DNA of 53,390 nucleotides, the filler included, from Jimgerdemannia flammicorona (lineage: Eukaryota), in the NCBI GenBank assembly GCA_003990765.1. It is 2 parts of 2 records of this genome, joined end to end, with 100 filler letters (N's around TTAATTAATTAA, not from the genome) between each part and the next. Parts side by side here need not be neighbours in the genome. Positions count along the whole stretch, not along the records: positions 26,747 to 53,390 come from RBNJ01000709.1; 1 more part is not named here. One strand, given 5' to 3'. The notes beneath the pieces are model-generated. The model was not told where the DNA came from and searched no databases. It saw only the letters and a program-made list of their open reading frames with translations. How positions within the stretch are numbered: the first letter of the stretch is position 1; every line of letters begins with the position of its first letter. Positions 38,680 to 49,429 of the stretch are shown one piece after another. The position numbers and the translations under genes were made by a program.

Positions 38680-39499
38680 TGTAATAGAATGAAAGAATGA
38701 CGAACAGATGGGACACGACAAATGACGAGCGATCACATGACCTGGTGATGATGTCATCATACGATCGAGTACAACATATGAATAGTGAGTGACGAATGAA
38801 CGAATGATGCGAAATGATGTGGAAAATGATATCCAGCTTATCCCCAACAATCGGCACCGCAGACAGTTGCCACAGCTGCTGATTATTACCTAGTAATTGA
38901 GGTCCTGATCACAAAGATATTCTTTATCAAAAACCACCTGACAAAGGTCATGATCACAAACCTCATTATAGTTACCAAATTAGTCACTCATACATAGTCA
39001 GAAATCGCGGACCAACTTGTATAAATACCCACCAGTTTCCATCCAAAATAAAGCAGTTTTAGTTCAGTCCTTGATACAAAAATCAAGTCCCCCCCACATG
39101 CACACATTCTCCTGAGTCTTAGTAATGACATCTAAATGACTCAAGTGTTTCTGACTAAACTCCAGAAGCTTAGCTAACTTCTGCCAGAACTGAGACTGGT
39201 ATATAAATCCCCAAAGACTTAAGTAAACCCATTGAACCAGAATTCCAAGGTGAATTCAGTCTGTATACAGCAAAGAACAAGACCCTCGAAATAGGGCACA
39301 AGAGAAAGACCTTTGAAACAGAAGGCAAACCAGAGAAAGACCTTTGAAAGATAAGATACTGCCGCTACAACTACTTTAAGCGAGTGCTTCCTCAAACTGA
39401 AGGCTTCTTGGTACACATTGTATACTAAGTCTCTAAGTAATAGTCCACTTCCCTAATTATCCTAAGGATAAGAGAGGGGTAGAAGTGAGAGTTATTACA
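38680..39499 (+). repeat. G1 5' LTR (820 bp)
   Basis: TGTAATA...TATTACA termini; homologues at 26747-27205 and about 34160-34770. Confidence 0.85.
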
Positions 39500-39502
39500 A
39501 CT

Positions 39503-39514
39503 TGGTAGCAGTGG
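39503..39514 (+). promoter_or_regulatory. G1 primer-binding site, probably tRNA-iMet
   Basis: TGGTAGCAGTGG, 3 nt after the LTR end. Confidence 0.65.
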
Positions 39515-39600
39515 TTTACCAGCTAAGAAGGCACCAAAGAACACACTTCTGAAGTTGGAACAAGACCAATCTTGGACAGGAGTAACCCCCAGAAATAACT

Positions 39601-42600
39601 GTGGATCTCCAAACTAGAGCCAGAGAAGCCCTTGCCATTAGGACCAGGTGGTACCAGGAAACCACAGACCCAAGGACCCACCAGCTTGTAATTGACCAGA
39701 CTTATAAGGATCTATATCAGGCCTTTAGAACATACCACCCAGGACTTAGGAATATTGTTAGCCACCATAGGTTCTACAAACTCCTCCGAGGACACATTAG
39801 AACCACTAGGACCTCAGAATCTACTGCTGCAGTCACTCAGGATTTTCTAGATTATATTACACCCCCTGCTGTAAGAGAAGCAGCTACCAAGTAGATTGCC
39901 TCTGACAGATATCATCATACCCCTACCAAGACCTCCCTCTACTACAGGCTAGTTGAATACTATGCCTCTGTCATAACTAGGTACAAGAACGAATAAGCAG
40001 GCCATCCATCCCCTACTGCTGAACAAGGAGCAGGCCCATCAACCCAGCTAGAGACTGATATCCTCTTTGAAGGATCTAGTCAGTATGAGGATGCACTATC
40101 TCATCAGGAAAGGGAGTCAGACGAAGACTCTACAGGTCACCAGTCTGACGATAGCCAACGAGAAACAGCAGACCTAGGAATTTACCAAGGAACCATAGGT
40201 CAAGATGATCAGACCCCAGAACCAACTCAGCCACCTATATAGAGGTTTGGTTTACTCTCTCTCACAGGACTCTTTGACTTAATATCCAGGAATCAAGTAA
40301 CCCCAAGTTATACAGCACCACAACCCCACCAAGCAGAACAATCTTCAGGAGAATCTACCCCAACAGGCCCACCACCACTAGTTAATACAATGGTAGATGT
40401 CAACATTGCAGTACTGATCACCCAGCTAGCAGCACTAGCAGGGATAGTAGGACAGATTGCTGAACAGAACAAACCAACCAAGACTTTGCAAATCCCAACA
40501 TTCAGTGGAAAAAACAGTGACATCGAAAACTTCATCAATGTAGTTGACACAAGCTACCAAGCAAACCAATGGAATGATAACCGAGTACCTATAGGAATGC
40601 TCACCAACAACCAGAACAGCACTCTTCAACAGCTGTTTGCCACATCAGCAGCACAAGTAGAAACAGTAGCCACATTCTTCACTGGAACAGCAGCCGAATT
40701 CTGGCAAACCTTGGAACAACACCCAGTAACCTGGGAAGCCCACCCTCAAGTCAATGGACAAGTACCTGGCAACAATAGACCAGGTTGGGATGACTACGAA
40801 GCAGGCCCAGGACTCAAGGCCTTGCTACTGACCAAATTCCGAAATGCAGCCTATATACAAGAAACATGGAACAAACTGTCCCAGATGAAGTTCCATAAGA
40901 ATGGCGAAGAGGATCTAGAGACCTTTGCCACCAGAATGGATGCCTATCTCAAAACTGTGGGACTTACCTATCAGGAAAACAATTTGGCCATTAATGGTAC
41001 CAGAGCCAACCATCTCTTTACAGCCCTACCAGACTGGCTCACCCAGAAGATCAAGGAACAAGATCTTCCTCAAGGATGCCCCCACTACTCATGGTGCTTT
41101 GCCCAAGTACAAAGAAGAGCCCACGAAATCCTTGCTGCACAAGCTCCATGAAACCAAGAACACAAGAAGGATAACCAAGATAGAAGAAATCCTATCAGGA
41201 GAAATGATCAAAGGAATGACCAAAGATATGATCAAAGATATGATCAAAGGAACCAGTGAAACCCCAGAGGACCCAGACCTCCCACTGAGGATGAGAAGAA
41301 GCAGCTCCATGAAAAAGAATTGTGCTTCATCTACAAGAAGGCAGGACACATCTCAGTCAAATGCTCTGAGAAGAGAAACAGATCAGGCGAACCCAGTAAC
41401 CAAAACATTACTGTCATTGGAGAAGGTCCAGGAAAGGAGAACCCCAAGAATGTCATCAAAGTACAGAAGATATAGTACAAAGCTACCATCCCCACTAAGG
41501 CCCACCCAACTGATGCTGGATATGATCTCTACAGCAGCCAAGACCTCACCATCCCACCAAGCACCAATGCTATAGTGCGAACAGGAATTGCAATGCAAGC
41601 TCCCAAAGGAACATACATCCGCCTTGCTGAGTGAAGTAGCCTAGCCAAAGAGTTCAACATTGGGCTAGGCAGAGGAGTAGTTGACCAAGGATTTACTGGT
41701 GAAATCCATGTCATCTTGCGAAATTTTGGAGACACATCATTTGAAGTCAAAGCAGGTCAAAGAATTGCCCAAGCAATCATTGAAGAAATCCATCAAGATC
41801 TCACCATTGAAGAAGTCCCTAAACTCTCCCAGACAGATCATGGCAAGAAAGGGTTTGGATCTACCAACAAATCTCCCAGTCAAAAGGTCACTACTATGAA
41901 GGAAGATGATGAAAACTGGTATAAGAGAATTGCAGATGGTTATGCACCATGTGGACAATGCCCTCATTTCATTTGAATGTACTGCATGGAACATGTTGGT
42001 GAATGCCATGCATGCCTCTCCAAAGTTTTCAAAATTCAATCTGAGAAGTGCCAAGCTCAACAGACTGAGAAACCCAAACAAGACAATCCTCCTTGTGAAG
42101 GATGGGAAGAAACTGACTTCAAGGAGACTGACAGCAATTGGGACAACAATGGGGATGAAGAGCTCAATACCATCAAGAAGGAGGATAGTTGCATCAAGTT
42201 CACAGGCTAAGTCCACAGACAAAATGTCAATGTCTTGCTTGATAGTAGTGCTACTGGAAACTACATCAGCACCAAGACTGCCAAGAGGATTGGAGCCCAA
42301 AGCAGACCAACTACTGAGAAAAGAAGTATTACCTTTAGTGATGGAAAGACTGCACCATTGACTAAGATCTGTGAAGACCTTTTGCTCAAGATTGGCAAAT
42401 ATCAAGAGAAGTTGGATTTTAGTATCGTAGACCTCTCAGGACAAGACATTATCTTAGGAAAAGCCTGGTTGACCCAGCACAACCCAGACATCAACTGGAG
42501 AACCAACAAGGTCAACCTGACCAATGAAGGCAGAAAGATCACCCTGATACTCCAGGAAGATACCAACCACCAAGGAATCGAAATCATCTCTGCCATTCAA

Positions 42601-42819
42601 ATGAAGAGACTCTCTCGAAAAAAGGGAAACACCTACTTCATCTGTACAGTACAAGAAGTCACTGAAGCTACAAGTAGCCCAATTCCAACAGAAGTACAAG
42701 AACTGTTCAAAGAATTCCAAGATATATTCCAAGACCCTCAAGGACTTCCACCCAAGTGCCAAATCCAACATGGAATTGATCTTATCCCAGGATCTGAACC
42801 CCCATACAAGAGTATCTAC
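39601..42819 (+). pseudogene. G1 gag-pol in a single frame: long N-terminal extension, capsid, CCHC, dUTPase, aspartic protease, RT start
   Basis: ORFs 39601, 40390, 41716, 41977 and 42235 share one frame; IPTFSGK; CFIYKKAGHISVKC; LLDSSATGNYIS. Confidence 0.85.
41461..41868 (+). pseudogene. dut: dUTPase domain of G1
   Basis: All five motifs: AGYDL, (R>stop)SSLA, GVVDQGFTGEI, RIAQ, HGKKGFGST. Confidence 0.92.
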
Positions 42820-44266
42820 TGTAATGTGCCAGCTCAATGGAGGCAAATTACAAGGTTGGGGGTTGATATAGTTTGGCTTGAGCCCCCAGTTACTTTGTCA
42901 AAAAGCAATAAAATGTTCTAAGATTCCTGAGGTCCTTGGTGTTTAGCAGTATAATAGTCAAAGCTAGATATCTGTGAGTGATTTCCTTATTGGGATGGTT
43001 CTCTGGGTGTAGCAGTGATTTGTGTGAATGGGTTTCCTTCCTGGGTCAACTGGGAATGGCAGAATTTGTGTGTAGCATGAGTGGTTTCCTTCTTGAGTGA
43101 CAATCTCTGATTTCTGCATGATGATCTGGCAATTTAGCGGTTCTCCTTATGCAGTTTCTGCATGATGATCTTGGTGTGGCAATCTCTGTATAGTGTGACA
43201 GGTTCCTTATGTGGATGTTCTGATAATTTGGCAGATAACTCGATTTGGCTCACTGGGAATCATATGGCACAGTTTCTTCCTAGGCTCACTGGGAATGACA
43301 AACAACTTGGATGGCTCTTCTGGGAATGCAGACAACTCGAAAGTGGCAGACGATGTGGATTTGGCGGGCTTCTTGAAAACGGCAGCTTAACTGGGAATTA
43401 ACTCAGATGGCGCAGACTTTTCTAAATCAGCAGCTTCAACTGGGAATACGATGGCACAGATCCTTTCTGAATTGGTGGCTTCGACTGGGAATGCGGATAA
43501 CTTGAAAACAGCAGATGACGCAGATTCTTCCTGAATCGGCGTGGTTCTTCTGAGAAACAGGATGGTGGCTTGGAAAGGGTCTCTTGGCAAGTGGCATCAA
43601 AGACTGGCTTTGTTTGCATGAATGGATCACTGCGAAGTTGCATCAGAAACTGGCTTAGGCAAGACAGCTTTCTCTGGGAATGTGGCAAAGTTCTTCCTTG
43701 AACTCGGCGGGAAACTGGGATTCTTCAGACTTATCTGGCAAGCAAACCAAAAGTGAACTCATTCTTTGTATTGGAAAGTGGACTGGAGTGGAAAGGGGAA
43801 ATAAGCTCACAATCTCCTAACAGTGGCTGTAGAGTTCCTCTCGAAGTGTGGTAGGCAGACTTGTCTTTTGCTTCAATTTCGAACTTTTTGGACTGAGGTT
43901 TTATTCACTCTTGTCTCTGGGGTAATTTATACAAGTTGGTTGCTATCTGGTTACTATGTGGCTAACTATAGATTTGCTATCTTTGGTAATGTTTGGGTGG
44001 GTCCTCTGGGTATAGGTGTGTCCACAGAACATGAGTGTGTCTGCAGGACATGAGTGTGTCCACAGGACATGAGAGTGTCCACAGGACATGAGTGTGTCCT
44101 CAGGATATAGGTAAACAATCCTGATCTGGTGTCTTGACTAATTATAAGTGTGGTGGGCATGAGTAACTATGATACACTGGAAGTCACATCTTGCTGAGTA
44201 AGTATGCTAATTGCTCACATCATCTGGCTAAGATATAATTCAGGTGGTACGTTTTGGTCTATTACA
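42820..44266 (-). repeat. G2 3' LTR (about 1.45 kb); 19-bp tandem CCACAGGACATGAGTGTGT at about 44016-44105
   Basis: TGTAA...TTACA termini; direct repeat of 51858-53322. Confidence 0.92.
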
Positions 44267-44280
44267 TCAGCCCCCACTGA
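44267..44280 (-). promoter_or_regulatory. G2 polypurine tract
   Basis: Minus strand reads AGTGGGGGCTGA immediately before the 3' LTR TG. Confidence 0.6.
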
Positions 44281-44305
44281 AGGGTAGTCTGTCCCAGACT
44301 ATTCT

Positions 44306-44818
44306 TCAGTTATCATCCCAATAGGCATAAGCAGCTTCTGCATCTATACTTGTTCCATCATTATCATCTGAGCTGCAGTCATTCCATTCCAGGGGCTCTT
44401 CTTCTTCCTCAGGAAATAGGGTCTCCACTTGGTGAATAATGCTGAGGTAGGTGGATAGTGTCATCCTTTGGAGATTATTCAGGGAAAACCGGGCCTGGAT
44501 TAAGGCAGAAGGATTTCATTTATATATAGTATATAGTCTGTCTGCAGCAGTAGTGTTCCTTCTATTCAGGCCAGTTGTGTTTCGGACATAGGCTAGGTCT
44601 GGGAGAGGAAGATTCTGCAATTGTTCTCCAATTGCATAATATGCCTGCAGCTGGTGGACCTGGAGTAGCCTCTCGGCCAAAGTGAGGTTCTCTTGGTGAA
44701 CCAAGATTCTCTGAAGATAGGTTCCATTGGGTTCCCAGAACTGAGGCAGGGGAACTGGTAGGGCTTGGAGGGAACTGAGAACAAGAGTTTGGAGGCAGTT
44801 GTCAATTCTCTGATTCAT
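44306..44818 (-). pseudogene. G2 extra ORF3 downstream of integrase (170 codons, one internal TGA), unknown function
   Basis: ATG overlaps the pol end; reads through one TGA at 44516 to AYAYWDDN-stop just before the PPT. Confidence 0.55.
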
Positions 44819-47110
44819 GGTGTGAGAAGAAGTATATCTTAAGGCGATTGATGTGTACTGGTGTTCTCAGGGTTCGTCCATCCATGCTTCTTAAATAGAT
44901 GCTGGTTCCTCTGATGTTGTGTACAAGATAAGGTCCTTCCCATTTTGGTTCCAGTTTGGTAGCAAAGTTTGTCTCAATCATGCTTCTCCAAACTAGGACT
45001 TGATCTCCAATCTTGATCTCCTGATCCTTCTGTTTTTGGTTATAGTACTTCTTTTGTCTTTCCTGGGCTTTGATAATCTGTCCTTGGGCTTGATTTCGTA
45101 ACTGTTCTGCCTTCTTGAGGAGGTCTCCGAGATTCTCATGGTCAGCAGTTCTGGTTTTCTTGGCAAACATCATTTCGAATGGCTTTTGTTTAGTGGATGT
45201 GGCAGGGGTATTCCGAATTTCCCATAGGATCTCAGGTAAGCAGAGGTCCCAATTAGTAGGGTTGACTTGGGCAAGTCCTTTCTTGATGGTCTGGTTCATT
45301 CTTTCTGTCATGCCATTAGTCTGGGGGTAGTATGATGTGGTCCTTTTGAGGTGGATCTTGTGAATTCGGGCATAACTTGTGATTATATTGTTGATGAATT
45401 ATGTGCCTTGGTCAGAGATGAGTTCTTCTGGAGGTCCATATCTGAGTGTGAGTCCATGGAGGAGGCCTACAATGGTTAAGGCATCTGCGATTTCCATTGG
45501 GAAAGCCTTGGGCCACTTGGTCAGATGTTCTACAAATACAAGGATGTATTTGTTTCTTCTTGGTGTAACCAGTAGAGGTCCAATTACATCTACTCCCCAT
45601 CTTTGAAAGATGTGAGTGGGTGGAGGAATCAGTTGCAGAGGGGCTTGATAGTTCTTCTTTCCTTGGTACTTCTGGCAGATGTCACATTTCTGGATGATGT
45701 CCCGAACTTGAGTTCTGAGGTGGGGCCAATGTTGATATTGTTTTTGAATCCTGTCTTCTATGCTTGTCTGCCCTTGGTGGGCTTTCTGATGTTCTTTTCG
45801 GATAAGATCTTCTTGTGCTTTGATAGTCTAAGGAGCTTCCTTTAGGGTGTGGTTCCTTGGGACACCCTTCTTCTGATTCATTGGGGCTGGTGGGAAAGTA
45901 CATCAACATTGTTGTGGGCTTTCCCTGCTTTGTGAATGATGGTGATTTTGTAATCCTGAAGGATAAGGATCCAGCAGGCTAGAATTCCAGCAGGTTTCTT
46001 GTGGTTGAATAGCCATTTGAGGGCTGCATGGTCTGTGATCAGGGTGAATCTTTTTCCAATGAGGTAATGCTTGAACAGGGTGACCACCCATATGACTGCA
46101 AGGCATTCCAGTTTGGTGCTACCATAGTTCATCTGCTGCTGGTTGGTAGCTCTGCTTGCATAAGCTATCACATAGTGCTATTGATCAGGTCCTTCTTGGG
46201 CTAGAACTGCTCCTAGGCCATCTTTGGAAGCATCTGTATACAAGATGAATGGCTTCTGTAGATTGGGGCACACAAGGATTGGTGCTGTAGTCATGCATTT
46301 CTTGAGTTCTCTGAAGGCTTTTTCCTGTGATTCTGTTCATTTGAATGTCATTCCTTTCTTGAGAAGGATTTGGATTGGGGCAGCAATTTGGGCAAAATTC
46401 TTGATGAACCTTCTGTAGTAGGATACTAGCATCAGGAATGATAGTGTTTCTTTTGGAGTCTTGGGTACTGGCCAATTGTTGATCTTCTCGGTTTTCTTTG
46501 GGTCTGCATGAGTTCCTTCTTTTGAGACCACAAATCCCAGGAATTCGAGTTTCTGTTTTCCAAAGTAGCATTTCTTTGCATTCAGTCCCAAGTGATTCTT
46601 GCAGGTGAGCTTGAAGAATTCCTCTAGGTGGTGCAGGTGTTCTTCGAAATTTGCTGAGTAGATGTTGGAATCATCTATGTATACAATCAGAGAGTAGTGG
46701 ATCAAGGGGGCATAGACTGAATTCATCATCCTCTGAAAGGTGGGGGGTGCATTGCAGAGTCCAAAGGGCATTCAGAGGTATTCAAACAGTTTTCCTAAAG
46801 CAAGGAAGGCTGTCTTTTGAATGTCATTGGGATCCATGGAGATCTCATGGAATCCTGCAAAGAGGTCTATACTGTTGAAGTATCTGGCATCTTGTAACTA
46901 GTCCAAAAGGTCATCGATTCTGGGCAAAGGATAAGCATCCTTTTCAGTGACTGAGTTGAGTTTTCTGTAATCCACACAAAGTCTCCATCCTCCTTTCTTT
47001 GGTACAATAAGTATAGGGCTGGCCCAGGGGCTGATAGAGGGTCGGATGACTCCATTGTCTAAGAGTTCTTGGATGTGCTCCTTTTCAAATGTTTTCAAGT
47101 GATGGGGTAT
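44802..47110 (-). pseudogene. G2 RT, RNase H and integrase
   Basis: [86 protein letters not shown]. Confidence 0.95.
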
Positions 47111-47699
47111 TCTATTCGGTTTCTGCCAGATGGGTGTTGCACCTCCTGTATTTATGCTGTAGTGATATGATGGGTTGTATGGCAGGTTGCCATAATTGGT
47201 AGTGAAGATATCTTGATATTTGTTGAGAAGTTCTACTAGTTGTTGCTATTGTTGAGGTGTCAATTCTTCTCCAATGTTGGTGGAAGGCTTCACTGTCTCC
47301 TGGGTCGCAGAGGGGCCTTTCCTTTCTTCTGCGACCTTTTGCCATTTCCCGATAGGTTTAGTTCGTAAACTTCCCTATGAGTTTGGTTGAGAAAAGGCAC
47401 CAGATATCCTATGATGGTTCCTTTTGGCAGAATGATGGTCTCCCAACTTTGGTTGGTTGCTTGGGAGTGTACTGGGTTCATCTTGTTGGGGAATGTGTGT
47501 CCCTCGATATCCAGGTGTGGGATATCTTCCTTGGGTTCAAAGATGAGGTTCCTGGGGTCGAGTGGTGCAAATATTTCGAAGGTGGTTTGTTCTTCAGGTT
47601 CCAGGATGAGATTCTTGTGTAGTCTGACTGGTTGCCAGTATACTTGCTGGAGAACATTCCTCTTGAGGTGGTTGACTTGAAGGAGATGTACCTCTTTCC

Positions 47700-48110
47700 T
47701 ATCTGAACTTCCAAATCCCTTGGCTTGTCTTGTTCCTTCAGTTGGTTCAGAGACTTCCTGTAACTGTGGGGTCTTGACCTTCATGAAGACTGCTTGGGCA
47801 ATCTTCTGTCCTCTGATGATTCAGTGCCATTCTGCACTGCTGTTGTGTAGGATAACCTTGATTTTGCCTATATATCCAGGGTCAATGTTTCCTCCTTCTA
47901 CAGTTATTCCTTGTCTGGCAAGTCTGGACCTTGAGGTCAGTTGAATATAAGCTCCTTGAGGTGGCTGCATGGCTAATCCGGTTCTGACCATGAAGGTTTT
48001 TCCAGGCTTGATGGATTCATCCTCCAGGCTGTGAAGATCATATCCTATATCCTCTGGGTGGGCTTTGGTCGGGGGTTTGGCCTTGGGGTGCAGCAGCGCA
48101 TACTGGGCAA
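47700..48110 (-). pseudogene. dut: dUTPase domain of G2 (between protease and RT)
   Basis: IGYDL, SRSRLA, GNIDPGYIGKI, KIAQ, RQAKGFGSS. Confidence 0.92.
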
Positions 48111-49429
48111 TATCCTTGCTGAGTTCAGGCATTCCTAAGGCTGAAGCTCCACTAGCAGAAAGCCTCCAAGCTCTAAGGTTGAGGTATGGCCATCTGGCTC
48201 CAGTAGAGGGGTCTTGGAGGTAATTGATTCCCCTCCTTCCTATAGGGTCAAGGGCTTCCATGAAGTTGGTGGTATCTTCTGCCCATCCTTGGCAGGTTAC
48301 ATGTCTGATGAGAGCTAGGATGTCTTCTCCCAAATCATAGATCTTGAGGATTCTTTTTCTGGGCTTCTTGGTCTGACTTTTTCGAATCTGACTTTTTCAG
48401 ATCTGGCTTCGGTTATCTCCTTTCTTCAAGGTGTGCACTGCAACATCATGACTGAGGTGAATCTTCTGATGTCTACAGTCTTGGCAATCAGGGTGTCTCC
48501 CATGGTTGCAATACCCCATTGCTCGGAAATGATGTTCCCGGCTATTTATCTCTTGTTGTCTTGGGAATTGGTACCCATCTTGATCATAGATTGGAGGGAG
48601 GGTAGACAAGGGATATATTTCTGTTCGGGTAAAGAAGCCTTGTCCTCTAAATCGACTTTATAACCTTGTGGTGACTTCTTGAAAGGTGGTAGACTGTGCA
48701 AGAGTAGTTGGGGGTTCTGGTCTCTGGGGTCTCAGTCTTTCTTGTTGGTCCAATAGATGACACTGATAGCAGTAGTCTCGGGGAGAGTGGAAGACCATTT
48801 GATGTGGACATCTTCCTAGCCGAAAAGCTTTCTCTTGGTGGGTTTCTTTCTTGGGGATAATGTTAATAGTACTGGGTCCTTCCTCTGTATTCCAAGGGTC
48901 ATTGTCTTCAGGTGGTGTCCAGCGAGGGTCATCCCAGGGGATGAGTTCGGGGACTTCTTCTTCATCAGGTACTTCTTGTTCAGGAACTTCTTGGTCAGAA
49001 GTTTCTTCTTCCTCAGATGATTCTTGACCCCAAATTGCTTGTACTTCAGCAGCTTTGGTTGCAGGAGTTTCTGGAACATGTCTGCATTTCTTCTTCTTTC
49101 TTCTGTATTCTGGGCAGGCTGTGCCAGGTGATTTCCTTGTTCCCATAATCTTGGAGGAGTGCTTGGGACACTTGTGTCTCTTGAGGCATGTGGGGAATTC
49201 TTTGGCTTCTCCTGCAATGGCTCCAATGGTGATGGGGATGGTGTTCTTAGCCCACACATTGTCTTCTGGTCTGTCATCCACCAGGTTAATCCAAGGATTG
49301 AGTCTGGGATCATTTCCATCTTCAGATTCTTCTTCTTCCTCTATGGTAGATTCTTCACTACTGGCATACTCTTCCTGAATAGTGACCTTTTTCTTCTTCT
49401 TTGATTGCTCATAACTAGTCACCTTAACT

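Larger units (their letters stand above)
38680..42819 (+). mobile_element. Ty3/gypsy LTR retrotransposon G1, 5' half, interrupted at the start of RT by G2
   Basis: LTR, PBS, gag, dUTPase, protease, then the RT lead-in FQDIFQDPQGLPP...HGIDLIPGSEPP. Confidence 0.9.

Noticed and set aside
41204..41251. 12-bp tandem repeat (NDQR/YDQR x4)
   Set aside because: Low-complexity gag linker, common in retroelements.
40925..41575. 216-aa ORF overlapping G1 gag
   Set aside because: Off-frame; the CCHC and dUTPase motifs are in the gag frame.
43387..43590. Short ORF shared by both G2 LTRs (also 52398..52631)
   Set aside because: Explained by LTR identity and the internal repeated motif; no independent coding evidence.
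44016..44105. 19-bp tandem repeats (also about 53097-53160) as a CRISPR-like array
   Set aside because: No spacers, eukaryotic context; ordinary LTR U3 tandem repeat.
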